From an uncultured delta proteobacterium (lineage in GTDB: Bacteria; Desulfobacterota; Syntrophobacteria; BM002): a stretch of DNA of 64,000 nt. Of this stretch, positions 9,941 through 20,746 are shown piece after piece (positions within the stretch are counted from its first letter, which is position 1; each line of letters begins with the position of its first letter). A program made the translations under genes and the position numbers. The DNA lies in the NCBI GenBank assembly GCA_963712115.1, contig CAVQGX010000046.1, positions 89,282 through 153,281 on the forward strand, read 5' to 3'. The notes beneath the pieces are model-generated. The model was not told the origin of the DNA and made no database searches. It was given only the letters and a program-made list of their open reading frames with translations.

Positions 9941-11176
9941 ATGAAAGCACGAGAAGTGGTCCTGGTGGATGGCATTCGCACAGCCTTCGGTAGGGCCGGA
10001 GAAAAAGGATTCTTTTGGCACACTCGCGCCGATGACATGGTGGTGAAAGTAATCCGCGAGCTTCTCCGCCGCAATCCTCAGGTTACACCTGACATGGTGG
10101 AGGAGAATGTCTGGGGAGCCACAACTCAAGAGGGAGATCAGGGCCTTACCCTCGGGAGAACCTCCGCCATACTCGCCGGACTTTCTGAGAAATGCGCTGG
10201 TGCTTCCATAGATCGTATGTGCGCCGGAGGCATGACAGCTGTCACCACTGCCGCTTCAGAGATCGCTCTGGGCGCTTTTGATATCGCCATAGCAGGTGGT
10301 GTTGAGCATATGGGTCATCACCCCATGGGCGCCACCGCGGATCCCAATCCTAGATTTCTAGTGGATCGGCTGGTTTCGGAAGATGCAATAGTCATGGGAA
10401 AAACAGCCGAGAATCTTCACGACATGTTCCCTGAAATAACCAAGGAGATGGCGGATGAATACGCCATGCTCTCCCAGCAAAAGACTGGCAAGGCTTATAA
10501 AGAGGGCAGAATCAAAAAAATGATTGTCCCCATGACAGTCTATACCCCTGAGGGTTGGGTGGTAGCGGATCGTGACCAACAACCTCGTCCCGATACCACC
10601 AAGGAGGGCTTACAGGACCTGCAAACGCCCTTCCGTTCTATGGGGAAGGTTACGCCCGGCAATGCCTCAGGTCTCAATGACGGTGCCTGTGGTGTTCTGC
10701 TCATGTCCGCTGATAAAGCTAAAGAATTGGACCTTCAGCCCAAGATGCGTCTAGTGGCATTCACCTACGCTGGGGTCCGAGCCGAAGTCATGGGATTAGG
10801 GCCCATCCCGGCCACCCATAAGGTTTTCAAGATCTCAGGTTTGAGCATGGAAGATATCGATTTTATAGAACTCAATGAAGCCTTCGCCGTTCAGTGCATT
10901 GCTTTCATGCAGGAATTCAAACTTAAATGGCCTGATGAACCGCGGTTGAACCCATGGGGAGGAGCCATTGCCTTCGGACACCCTCTGGCCTCTTCTGGCC
11001 CCCGTTTGATGATTCACCTTATGCACGAGTTCGCTGCAAATCCCAAAGCTAAGTACGGGCTGGCCACAATGTGTGTGGGCCTAGGTCAAGGGGGTTCAGT
11101 AATTTGGGAAAATCTCCAAGGTAACGGCAAGAAAACACCTACGAAAAAGGCTGCAACCAAGAGGAAAAAGAAGTAA
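9941..11176 (+). CDS. fadA: 3-ketoacyl-CoA thiolase
   Basis: DRMCAGG, NEAF, GHPLASSG, MCVGLGQG. Confidence 0.9.
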   Translation: MKAREVVLVDGIRTAFGRAGEKGFFWHTRADDMVVKVIRELLRRNPQVTPDMVEENVWGATTQEGDQGLTLGRTSAILAGLSEKCAGASIDRMCAGGMTAVTTAASEIALGAFDIAIAGGVEHMGHHPMGATADPNPRFLVDRLVSEDAIVMGKTAENLHDMFPEITKEMADEYAMLSQQKTGKAYKEGRIKKMIVPMTVYTPEGWVVADRDQQPRPDTTKEGLQDLQTPFRSMGKVTPGNASGLNDGACGVLLMSADKAKELDLQPKMRLVAFTYAGVRAEVMGLGPIPATHKVFKISGLSMEDIDFIELNEAFAVQCIAFMQEFKLKWPDEPRLNPWGGAIAFGHPLASSGPRLMIHLMHEFAANPKAKYGLATMCVGLGQGGSVIWENLQGNGKKTPTKKAATKRKKK

Positions 11177-11277
11177 TCGGTTTAGTCAGTTTGGTCGGTT
11201 TGGCCAGTTTAGTCAGTTGACCGGCTTAACTGGCATAACAGGCTCAACCGGCCAACCTAATTGGTAAGGAGAAAACC

Positions 11278-13323
11278 ATGGCCAAAATAGTCACTCAGTT
11301 TTATCCGCGCTTCTATGAGTCCAGAGTGGGTAAGATTGCGCTGCTTACCATGGACAACGGAGAAGATTACAAGAAACCAACCACTTTTGACGAGGAGGCA
11401 CTAAATTCTCTAAACAAGGCCCTGGACTTCATTCAGAGGGAACCTGATGTCAAAGGTCTTTTACTCACGGGAAAGCTGTACATTTTCGCCGCCGGCGCCG
11501 ATCTTACCCAGATACCTTTCATCAATACTTTTGAGCAGGGAAAAGCAATTGGACAGTTTGGCCATGCAACCTTCAAGAGAATAATGGAAGTGCCTTACCC
11601 CACAGTGGCAGCGATAAACGGTGCTGCCCTCGGCGGTGGGTTGGAGATATCACTTTACTGCGATTACCGAACAATTTCCAAGGGTGTCACTGCCATAGCC
11701 TTCCCCGAGTGTTTTTTGGGTCTCATTCCTGGCTGGGGTGGTTCCACTTTGGCACCCCGGTTGATTGGCCCAGAGAAGGCGCTGGAACTGATCATCTATA
11801 ATCCCCTTAACCAAAATCGCATGATCAAAGGGTTCCAGGCTTTCGAGATGGGGCTGGCAGACCGCTTATTTGATACTGCTGAGTTCCTGGACGATTCTAT
11901 TCGTTTTCTGGAAGGGATCATAGATGGCAGCGAGAAGGTTGAGCCTAAACCGGCTGACTCCAGCAATCTAAAATCGCTCCTGGGAAAAGCCCGTAGTTTT
12001 GTGGACAGCAAGGTTCATGGTGCCGCCATTGCTCCTTATAGAGCCCTGGAATTGATCGAGGGCGCATTCAGCTGGGACGTAGATCAGGGATTCGCCGAGG
12101 AAGATAAAGCCCTAGGCGACCTCATCAAAAGCCGCCAATGTAAGGCCAGTGTATATTCCTTTGATTTGGTTCAGCGACGGGCCAAGCGTCCTGCAGGAGT
12201 TCCAAAAGTAGAGCCCCTGAAAGTTGCCAAAATCGGGATCATCGGGGCGGGTCTCATGGCCTCCCAACTGGCCCTTTTATTCCTCCGACGCTACGAGATA
12301 CCTGTGGTGATGAAAGACATCAAGCAGGAATTTGTTGACAAGGGCATTGGATACATCCGGGCGGAACTGGATAAACTGGTGGAAAAAGGAAGGTTGCTCG
12401 AGGCCAAAGCACGCTACCTTTTCACCCTGGTGAAGGGTACTCTCGATTGGACCGATTTTGCCGACTGTGACTTCGTCATCGAGGCGGTTTTTGAGCAGAT
12501 GCAGGTAAAACAGCAGGTATTTGCCGAGGCCGAGGAGGTAGTCTCATCTAATTGCATCCTTGCCACCAACACCTCTAGCCTTTCTATAACAGCCATGGCC
12601 TCGAAGCTCAGACATCCTGAGAGGGTGGTAGGACTTCACTTTTTCAACCCTGTTGCAGTGCTGCCGCTGGTAGAGATAATCCCCGGAGGCAAAACAAACG
12701 ACGTCACTCTTGCCACCACTTTCTCCGTTGCCAAGCAACTGAGGAAGACTGCAATACGAGTGAAGGATTCTGCTGGATTTCTGGTCAATCGCATTCTGAC
12801 CAAAATGCTGGTGGACTGTCTCGATATGGTTGATGAGGGAGCTGATTTTCAATTTGTTGATGAGGTCGCGCTCAGCCTGGGGTTGCCCATGGCACCTTTT
12901 GAACTGTTGGGGTTTGTCGGACCGGCCGTAGCAGCTCATGTGCAACAGACCTTGAACCGCGCTTTCGGACCTCAACGCTTTCCCATTAACGAGAATTTGA
13001 AGCGAATGGTTGACGCTAATATCCCGGGGATCTATGTGGGTGAGCCTCCAAACCTTAGATTAAATCCGGCACTAAAGGATTTATGGCAGAAAAAGGGAGA
13101 AAAGGATTTCCGCAAAGAGGAGATCATCGAGCGTGTCCTTACCAGCCTTACCCGCGAGATTGATCTCATCCTGGAGGAGAAAGTCGTGGGAGACACCAGG
13201 GACGTGGATTTAGCCATGATCATGGGCGCGGGCTGGCCATTCTTCATGGGTGGGGTAACCATGTACCTTGATTTGGCGGGGTATACACCCAAGGTGTTGC
13301 AGAAGGTGTTCTTTACTTTCTAG
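11278..13323 (+). CDS. fadB: Enoyl-CoA hydratase / 3-hydroxyacyl-CoA dehydrogenase multifunctional subunit
   Basis: Crotonase N-terminus (FAAGADL, GGGLE) plus GAGLMA, TNTSSL, HFFNP. Confidence 0.88.
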   Translation: MAKIVTQFYPRFYESRVGKIALLTMDNGEDYKKPTTFDEEALNSLNKALDFIQREPDVKGLLLTGKLYIFAAGADLTQIPFINTFEQGKAIGQFGHATFKRIMEVPYPTVAAINGAALGGGLEISLYCDYRTISKGVTAIAFPECFLGLIPGWGGSTLAPRLIGPEKALELIIYNPLNQNRMIKGFQAFEMGLADRLFDTAEFLDDSIRFLEGIIDGSEKVEPKPADSSNLKSLLGKARSFVDSKVHGAAIAPYRALELIEGAFSWDVDQGFAEEDKALGDLIKSRQCKASVYSFDLVQRRAKRPAGVPKVEPLKVAKIGIIGAGLMASQLALLFLRRYEIPVVMKDIKQEFVDKGIGYIRAELDKLVEKGRLLEAKARYLFTLVKGTLDWTDFADCDFVIEAVFEQMQVKQQVFAEAEEVVSSNCILATNTSSLSITAMASKLRHPERVVGLHFFNPVAVLPLVEIIPGGKTNDVTLATTFSVAKQLRKTAIRVKDSAGFLVNRILTKMLVDCLDMVDEGADFQFVDEVALSLGLPMAPFELLGFVGPAVAAHVQQTLNRAFGPQRFPINENLKRMVDANIPGIYVGEPPNLRLNPALKDLWQKKGEKDFRKEEIIERVLTSLTREIDLILEEKVVGDTRDVDLAMIMGAGWPFFMGGVTMYLDLAGYTPKVLQKVFFTF

Positions 13324-13831
13324 AGGGACTGCCTCGTACACAAACGCGGGGTCCTGCCACTAGGCACTAGGAACTATGCACTAAGCACTACAACTCAGAA
13401 CGAGGAATTGGTAACTCTTAATATTAAATTCGAACTTTCAAGCACACAAAAAATCCCGAGCAACAGATTTGGGATGTGTTCTATGTGATGTGAGATTCAA
13501 CATTTCTCTCTGGATTTCGTATCCCAGATCTCACATCCATCTTGGGGTTGTCTCAGATTTTTCTGCGAGTTCCGCTTTCTTGCCCTTGGTGCCTAGTGCT
13601 TACTCCCTAGTGCCTAGTAGAAATCCCTGCCTGCTGCGGGCTGTCTAGCATCCTCTCCACAAATAATCGTTGAAAATCCATCGGCTATATGCTAAAAATC
13701 TCACATTTATTCTCTGGGTATCCCCATTAGTTGAAAAAGAACGGATTCCATGTTAGAAGTCCGAGGTGCGGCTTTCGTGTTACACTAGCTTTATCTCTAT
13801 TAAATCAGCATTTTAAGCGGATAAGGGGAGG

Positions 13832-15010
13832 ATGGCGATGAAAAAGAGTTGGATTCTTATTGTCCCATGTTTGGTGATTGGCTTGGTATTTTCACCTTCA
13901 GCCTGGTGCAAGTCCGATACCATCAAGATCGGTATCAACGCCCCCATGACTGGTGATATCCCCAAAGTGGGAGAAGGCACAAAGTTCGCAGCCCAAATGT
14001 GGCTCGAAGACATCAATAAAGCCGGGGGGCTTCAAGTTGGAAAGAAAAAGTACAAGGTAGAATTGGTCATTGAAGACAACGAGTCCAAGGCTGAGTCTGC
14101 GGTAAAAGCTGCTACCAAAATGATTGTCGAGGACGAAGTTCTGGCTATTGTCGGGCCTCAGTCCTCCAAGCAGGCGGTACCTGCAGGCTCTGTGGCCAAC
14201 GCCTACAAAACACCGATGATTAGCCCGTGGTCAACAAATCCGGATACTACCAAAGGTCGTCCTTTTGTTTTCCGTGGCTGCTTCCTCGATCCCTTTCAAG
14301 GGCCGGTTTTGGCCAATTTCATCACCCAGGAGTTCCTGTTCACTAAAGCCGCGGTTTTGTATGACGTGGCAAGTGACTACCCCAAGGGATTGGCCGAGTT
14401 CTTTAGAGAGGCCTGGGAAAAGCTCCATGGCCCGGGCTCTGTGGTGGCCTATGAAAGTTTCACCACCAAAGACACCGACTTCAGTTCCCAGTTGACCAAG
14501 ATCATTCGCTCAGGAGCCGAAGTACTGTTCACCCCCCAGTATTACAATGAGGTGGCTTTGATCGTGCAGCAGGCCCATGAACTGGGGTGGAACAAACCCA
14601 TCGTGGGCAGCGACAGCTGGGGTTCGGCCGAGACGGTCACCCTCTGCGGCAAAGACTGTTACGGCCTCTTCTTCAGCACCCATTATGCTGCCGCCGGTGC
14701 TACAGGGGCCACCAAGGCTTTCATCGATCGTTACAACAAGACCTACGGCTACGTGCCTGACGATGTTGGCGCCTTGACCTGGGACTCAATTCGCATTGTT
14801 CAAAGGGCCATTGAGAATTGTGGAGAGATTACCGGCAAGATTGAGAAGGACCGCCAGTGTGTTCGTGACGCCCTGGCCAAGATCAGGGAATTCGACGGCA
14901 TTACCGGCAAGATGACCTTCACCGAAGAGGGCGACCCACTTAAGTGTGCCGTTGTTGTTAGGATAAGCGATAAGGGGGAGTTCGAATTTTACAAATCTGT
15001 CTGCCCGTAG
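13832..15010 (+). CDS. livK: Branched-chain amino acid ABC transporter substrate-binding protein
   Basis: Signal peptide, IKIGINAPMTG, DTDFSSQLTKI; first gene of liv operon. Confidence 0.85.
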   Translation: MAMKKSWILIVPCLVIGLVFSPSAWCKSDTIKIGINAPMTGDIPKVGEGTKFAAQMWLEDINKAGGLQVGKKKYKVELVIEDNESKAESAVKAATKMIVEDEVLAIVGPQSSKQAVPAGSVANAYKTPMISPWSTNPDTTKGRPFVFRGCFLDPFQGPVLANFITQEFLFTKAAVLYDVASDYPKGLAEFFREAWEKLHGPGSVVAYESFTTKDTDFSSQLTKIIRSGAEVLFTPQYYNEVALIVQQAHELGWNKPIVGSDSWGSAETVTLCGKDCYGLFFSTHYAAAGATGATKAFIDRYNKTYGYVPDDVGALTWDSIRIVQRAIENCGEITGKIEKDRQCVRDALAKIREFDGITGKMTFTEEGDPLKCAVVVRISDKGEFEFYKSVCP

Positions 15011-15074
15011 ACTGGAGTCCGAGCTTAGCCTAGTGGGCACTAACTCCGGTGATTAAAATTAGATTGAAGTAAGC

Positions 15075-15110
15075 GGGCCAGGGCTAAGAGCCCTGGCCTC
15101 GTTTTCTTTA
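15075..15110 (+). terminator. Hairpin with T-rich tail after livK
   Basis: GGCCAGGGCT-aag-AGCCCTGGCC then gttttcttt. Confidence 0.6.
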
Positions 15111-15297
15111 AAGATCAAGGGAACATTTCACGCCTCTCCTCGCCTTTTCCTTGTTGAATCAGATAGTACGTTTGACAGGGTAGGCCCTTTTACCCCACGT
15201 CGCAGACAGTGAGCTGTAGCAGCCGCTTGGGCCCCGGAATGCTGAGGGAATAGGGTTTCGGGGGGATGTGGGATGTTTCAAACAAGGAGCGCATGCG

Positions 15298-16221
15298 GTG
15301 ACATTTTTCCTGCAAAACCTAGTCAACGCTCTTCAATGGGGTAGTTTCTACGCCTTGATCGCCCTGGGTTACTCCATGGTTTATGGCGTCCTGATGCTCT
15401 TTAATTTTGCCCATGGCGATATTTTTATGGTGGGAGCGTACATAGGTTTCGGGGTTGCAACCGGGCTAGTGGCCCTGGCCTCCATGGGAGCCCTTGCCAT
15501 ACCCCATTGGTTGATTCTGGTATTGACCATCCTCATTTCCATGTTTTTGACTTCCTTCGTGGGCATGATTGTGGAGCGGGTGGGCTATAGGCCCCTGCGA
15601 GATGCCCCTAGGGCCTCCGCTGCAATTACCGGCTTGATGATCGGCATCATATTGGAGACCGGAAACCTGGCCCTTCTGGGCGCCCAACGGATAAGTTTTC
15701 CTACCTTGGTCAAGTCAACCACTTACAACCTGGGTGGGGTGTTCGTCACCAATAAGAAGATCATGATCGTTGTTGTCTCCATTGCCCTCATGTATGCTCT
15801 TCATCTGTTCGTCCGCAAGACCCGGTGGGGAATGGCCATGCGCGCCATGGCCTTTGACTTTGTTGTTGTTCCCCTCCTGGGAGTGCCCATAAACAACATT
15901 GCCCGCCTGACGTTTGCCATCGGTTCGGCGCTGGCAGCCGTGGCAGGAATACTCTTTGGTGTGGCCTATCCTGTCCTCGACCCTTACATGGGGATTATCT
16001 TCGGCTGGAAGGCCTTTGTGGCTGCCATTCTGGGAGGTAGGGGCTCCATTCTCGGGGCTTGCTTGGCCGGCTTTCTCCTCGGATTCATTGAGATCTTTGT
16101 AGCCATGATCTTCCCGTCCACTTTAAGGGATTTCATCGCTTATTCTATAATTCTGCTGATTTTGGCCTTCAGGCCCCATGGCTTTTTCGGAGAGCCCTAC
16201 AGTGCCCGCCTGAGGTTGTAA
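15298..16221 (+). CDS. livH: BCAA ABC permease
   Basis: YALIALGYSMVYG..FNFAHGD, KAFVAAILGG; GTG start after AAGGAG. Confidence 0.9.
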   Translation: MTFFLQNLVNALQWGSFYALIALGYSMVYGVLMLFNFAHGDIFMVGAYIGFGVATGLVALASMGALAIPHWLILVLTILISMFLTSFVGMIVERVGYRPLRDAPRASAAITGLMIGIILETGNLALLGAQRISFPTLVKSTTYNLGGVFVTNKKIMIVVVSIALMYALHLFVRKTRWGMAMRAMAFDFVVVPLLGVPINNIARLTFAIGSALAAVAGILFGVAYPVLDPYMGIIFGWKAFVAAILGGRGSILGACLAGFLLGFIEIFVAMIFPSTLRDFIAYSIILLILAFRPHGFFGEPYSARLRL

Positions 16222-16269
16222 TATAGAACCTGTATCAAAATGGGGATGTAACTACGGAATAACTAGGAA

Positions 16270-17568
16270 GTGGTTGTGAAAATAAACAACTCCCTTTCGC
16301 CTGGAAACAAGACGCTCGCAAACCGCATCCGGGATTCCTTTGCCCAGGCTCCCCTGTTGGCCTGGCTATGTGGCATTCTGGGTGCCGTCTTGCTTGAACG
16401 CTTTCTGGGAGACCCGCTCACGGAACTCTTGGGCCTGCCTAAAATCCCCGCCCTTTTTGGCGCCGTAACTATTCTCAAGAAACCTCAGCTTATTCCCGGC
16501 ACCGTCGCCTTTCTGTTCCTAATATATGTAGTACCCGTAATTGTCGTCCCGAGGCTGTTTGGTTCAATGCTGAATAGGTTAGTGGGCTGGCTTTTCCATC
16601 TGTCCCCAACTGTTTCTGTGGCTATCCACCTCGGCCTGTTATACGGAATCTTAAGTTTGTGGGCTGACATAAGCGGTTACCGGCTTCTCACCCTTAAACT
16701 CACTTTAATTGCGGTCATCGTCACCTTGAGCCTCAACGTGATCAATGGTTATATGGGAGAGTTCTCATGTTCCCACCCAGGGTTTCTCGCCCTGGGCGCC
16801 TACACTGCCTCGATCTTCACCCTCCTTTTCTTTGTTGACGACAAAGTGTTCGGAGCTGCACTTCTCCCTGAGTTCCTAGGCCCCTTCTTGTTTCCTCTCG
16901 CATTGATCTTGGGCGGAGTCGTCGCTGCCATCGGTGCCATTGCTATTGCTATCCCGTCTTTCAGGACAAGGGGTGACTATCTGGCAATCATCTCCCTGGC
17001 TTTTATGTTTATCGTCAAAAGTGTGATTGAGAACCTGGAATTCGTTCGAGGGCCCCGTGGCTTGGGCAGCCAACCAAATTATGTCGATCTGCCTACGGTG
17101 TTCATTTGGACCGTGGCCGCCGTGTGGATTATCAACAATTTTGTTCGCTCCACCACAGGAAAGGCCCTCAATGCGGTTAGGGACGACGAAATGGCGGCCG
17201 ATGCCATGACCGTCAACACCAGACGCACCAAAATAGTGGCCTTCCTTTTCGCCGCCTTTTGGGCCGGTGTTGCAGGTGGGCTGTTTGCTCACGTGCTGAG
17301 GTATGTCAATCCAGGAACTTTCGGTATCCAGAAACTCGCTGAAGTCTTGGCCATGGTCTATTTTGGAGGACTCAATTCCGTCTACGGTTCCATTGTCGGC
17401 GCTGTGAGCTTGAGCCTTCTCGGTGAGGCTTTGCGGCCATTGGAAATATTCAAATGGATCATCATTCCGCTCCTATTGATACTAGTTATGATTTTCAGGC
17501 CCACTGGCTTGATTGCTTTTAAAGACTTCGATGTGATGAAGCTGATTAGACCGAAGGGAATGAGTTAA
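16270..17568 (+). CDS. livM: BCAA ABC permease with N-terminal extension
   Basis: SLNVINGYMGEFS, RTRGDYLAI, AVRDDEMAA. Confidence 0.88.
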   Translation: MVVKINNSLSPGNKTLANRIRDSFAQAPLLAWLCGILGAVLLERFLGDPLTELLGLPKIPALFGAVTILKKPQLIPGTVAFLFLIYVVPVIVVPRLFGSMLNRLVGWLFHLSPTVSVAIHLGLLYGILSLWADISGYRLLTLKLTLIAVIVTLSLNVINGYMGEFSCSHPGFLALGAYTASIFTLLFFVDDKVFGAALLPEFLGPFLFPLALILGGVVAAIGAIAIAIPSFRTRGDYLAIISLAFMFIVKSVIENLEFVRGPRGLGSQPNYVDLPTVFIWTVAAVWIINNFVRSTTGKALNAVRDDEMAADAMTVNTRRTKIVAFLFAAFWAGVAGGLFAHVLRYVNPGTFGIQKLAEVLAMVYFGGLNSVYGSIVGAVSLSLLGEALRPLEIFKWIIIPLLLILVMIFRPTGLIAFKDFDVMKLIRPKGMS

Positions 17569-17758
17569 TAAATGGAGTATTGGAGTGTTGGAGTAATGGA
17601 GTGTTGGAAGAATTTCAGATCTCGAGAAATTTTTTATCTCATTACTCCAGTACTCCACTACTCCATCACTCCAGTGCTGTCGTGGTCGGCTGAAAGACAA
17701 ACCCGTCAAACCTCCTCTTTCGGAGATACGGAGACGTAGGGTAGAGACTGGATACAAC

Positions 17759-18529
17759 ATGCCATTGCTGCAGATTAATAATATGAGCCACGATTTCGGC
17801 GGGCTAAGGGCTGTAAATAACTACAACCTTGAGGTCGAACCCGGCCAAATCAGGGGACTGATCGGGCCTAATGGCGCGGGTAAGACCACCATCTTCAATC
17901 TCATAAGTGGCATCTACCGGCCAACCGAGGGCGATATCCTGCTGAATGGCAAATCCCTCGTCGGTCTCAAACCTTATCAGATCGCCGCCATGGGTCTCGG
18001 CAGGACTTTTCAGAACCTCCGTCTGTGGCGACACATGACTGTCCTCGATCATGTAAAAATGGCCCGTTACTCAAAAATAAAATACGGACTGCTTGGAGCC
18101 TTTTTCGGCACACCAAAACGGAGAAGAGAAGAAGCAGAGATAGAAGAGAAAGCATACAGTCTGTTAAAACTGGTGGGTGTGGCTGATCTCGCAGATCAGG
18201 TAATTCTCAATCTCCCCTATGGGGCCCAGCGAAGGGTGGAGATGGCCAGAGCTCTCGCCACAGAGCCAAAGATATTGTTTCTTGATGAGCCTACTGCGGG
18301 AATGAATCCTGAAGAACTCAAGCAGATGATGGAAATTATCCGGCGAATCCACAGGGAATTGGGACTGGCGATCTTTCTCATCGAACACCGGCTAAAAGTG
18401 GTCATGGAACTCTGTGAGATCATTCAGACCCTGGTTTTCGGTGAGGTCATCGCCGAGGGTTCTTCTGAGGAGATCCAAAACGATCCTAAGGTGATAGAAG
18501 CCTATTTGGGCAAGGAGACGATTCTCTGA
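17759..18529 (+). CDS. livG: BCAA ABC ATP-binding protein
   Basis: GPNGAGKTT, LPYGAQRRVE, LDEPTAG. Confidence 0.92.
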   Translation: MPLLQINNMSHDFGGLRAVNNYNLEVEPGQIRGLIGPNGAGKTTIFNLISGIYRPTEGDILLNGKSLVGLKPYQIAAMGLGRTFQNLRLWRHMTVLDHVKMARYSKIKYGLLGAFFGTPKRRREEAEIEEKAYSLLKLVGVADLADQVILNLPYGAQRRVEMARALATEPKILFLDEPTAGMNPEELKQMMEIIRRIHRELGLAIFLIEHRLKVVMELCEIIQTLVFGEVIAEGSSEEIQNDPKVIEAYLGKETIL

Positions 18530-19245
18530 TGTTGGTGGTGGAAAACCTGAGGGTCTCCTATGGCAGGATTCGGGCCCTCCACGGCATAAACTTCAATGTT
18601 GATGAGGGCGAAATAGTATGTATTATCGGCGCCAATGGTGCCGGAAAGAGCACCACCTTGCGCGCCATCTCCAGGATGATCCCTGTTGAACCGGGTACCA
18701 GGATGAGCTACAAGAACGAAGACCTGCTCAAATATCCCGCCGATAGGGTGGTTAGTAAGCTTGGCATATCCCACGTCCCCGAAGGAAGGCGCATTCTTGA
18801 CAACTTGACGGTCATGGAAAACCTGAAACTTGCCACCTACGCCAGAAAAGACGGCACTGGCAAAATCGGGGAAGATCTGGAGAAGCTATTTTCCATTTTC
18901 CCCCGGCTTGAAGAGAGGCGAAACCAAAAGGGCGGAACCTTGAGTGGTGGTGAGCAGCAGATGCTGGCAATCGGCAGAGCTTTCATGAGTGGAAGGAATG
19001 TGATGTTGCTCGACGAACCCTCCATGGGTCTGGCGCCTTTGCTGATGTTGCATATGTTCGAAGCTCTCCAGGAGATAAACAGGGAGGGTGGGACCACCAT
19101 TCTTCTGGTTGAGCAGAATGCCCGACTGGCACTTCAGTTTGCCCAGAGAGGGTACGTGCTGGAGCACGGGAATATGGTGCTTGAAGGCAGATCTGAGGAG
19201 CTTCTTGACGACCCGGAAGTAAAGAAAGCCTATTTAGGAGGTTAG
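18529..19245 (+). CDS. livF: BCAA ABC ATP-binding protein
   Basis: GANGAGKST, LSGGEQQM, LDEPSMGLAP. Confidence 0.92.
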   Translation: MLVVENLRVSYGRIRALHGINFNVDEGEIVCIIGANGAGKSTTLRAISRMIPVEPGTRMSYKNEDLLKYPADRVVSKLGISHVPEGRRILDNLTVMENLKLATYARKDGTGKIGEDLEKLFSIFPRLEERRNQKGGTLSGGEQQMLAIGRAFMSGRNVMLLDEPSMGLAPLLMLHMFEALQEINREGGTTILLVEQNARLALQFAQRGYVLEHGNMVLEGRSEELLDDPEVKKAYLGG

Positions 19246-19432
19246 CCGGTCTAGCCGGTTATGCCTGTCAAATTGGCTAACTGGCCAAACCTGCTAAACA
19301 GGCTAAACCGATTGACCAGTTTACTGGTAAGATATAAGGAACACTCAGCTCAGCAAAGAGAAGGAAAAGAGTGCTATGTGATTCAAAAATTTTTTTTAGA
19401 CCTTAGCGATCGCGGCTGCCTGCTTGAAAACA

Positions 19433-20584
19433 CTAGAGTGCCCCTATAAGGCGGGCGATGACAATGCGCATTACCTCTGAGGTTCCCTCACCAATCTCCA
19501 AGAGCTTCTGGTCCCGATAAAACCGCTCCACGTCATATTCCTTCATGAGTCCATAGCCGCCATGCAATTGCACTGCATGATTGGCGCAGCGGCTCATCAT
19601 CTCGGAACAATACAGCTTGGCCATGGCAGCCTCTTTGGTGAGCGGCTTGCCATTGTCTTTGAGCCAGCAGGCCTTGTAGAGAAGGATCCTGGCCAATTCT
19701 ATTTCAGTGGCCATATCGGCAAGTTTAAACGCATTTACCTGAAACTGCGAAATGGGACGGTTGAACTGAACTCGCTCCTTGGCATACTGTAGCGCCCGGT
19801 CGTAGCAGCCCTGAGCTCCGCCTAAACCCATAGCGGCTATGGAGAGCCGACCGCCGTCCAGGGTCTTGAGCATCTGGTGAAATCCCTCTCCCCTTTTGCC
19901 CAAAAGGTTCTCCTTGGGAACCCGGCAATCCTCGAAGTAGAGTTCACTGGTGTTTGAAGCCCGCCAGACCATTTTCCCTTTCATTTCTCTGGCCTCATAG
20001 CCTGGCGCACCGTTTTCCACCAGAATACAGCTAAGCTCGTTCTTGCCATCCTCCCGGATTCCGGTTTTAGCTAGAACAGTGACGCCGAGGGAGATTTCCG
20101 ATGAGGCATTGGTGATAAAGATTTTACTTCCATTAATGACCCATTCGTTTCCGTCCAAGACAGCTGTTGTCTGAGTATTGCCTGCGTCAGAACCGGCATT
20201 GGCCTCTGTAAGGCCAAAACCCCATAGTGCCTCGCCACTACAGAGCCTAGGGAGATACTTCCGTTTCTGTTCTTCGGTGCCAAATTCATAAATGGGACTG
20301 CTTCCCAGAGAATTTGCTGCTGCCACTGTTGCCGCCTGCGAGCCATCTACTCGGGCTAGTTCCTCAACCGCAATGATATATCCAAGATGGTCAAGTCCCT
20401 GACCGCCGTATTCCTCGGAAATCACCATACCGAAAAGACCCAAGCTGCCCATGGCCCGAGTTAGCTCTACAGAAAATTCTTCCCGCTCATCCAGATCCCG
20501 TGCCAAGGGTTGGATCTCCTTGATACTAAAATTGCGCACCGAGTTTCGCAGAATCTCATGTTCGGTTGACAGACTGAAATCCAT
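19433..20584 (-). CDS. Acyl-CoA dehydrogenase (short/branched chain, isovaleryl-CoA-like by context)
   Basis: FGLTEANAGSD, QLHGGYG, IGEGTSE. Confidence 0.9.
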   Translation of the reverse strand: MDFSLSTEHEILRNSVRNFSIKEIQPLARDLDEREEFSVELTRAMGSLGLFGMVISEEYGGQGLDHLGYIIAVEELARVDGSQAATVAAANSLGSSPIYEFGTEEQKRKYLPRLCSGEALWGFGLTEANAGSDAGNTQTTAVLDGNEWVINGSKIFITNASSEISLGVTVLAKTGIREDGKNELSCILVENGAPGYEAREMKGKMVWRASNTSELYFEDCRVPKENLLGKRGEGFHQMLKTLDGGRLSIAAMGLGGAQGCYDRALQYAKERVQFNRPISQFQVNAFKLADMATEIELARILLYKACWLKDNGKPLTKEAAMAKLYCSEMMSRCANHAVQLHGGYGLMKEYDVERFYRDQKLLEIGEGTSEVMRIVIARLIGAL

Positions 20585-20746
20585 GGTATCTCCTCACCAT
20601 GATGAAATGAATAGAATCGAATGGTTGCAAGAATTTTTCCTTGCAAAGCACCCTAGACCGGCTATGATGACATTATATTAGGTACGCACACTCTAACGAA
20701 ACAATAATTGGAATTTTGTTTATTTTTCCCTTGATGGAGAATAGCG

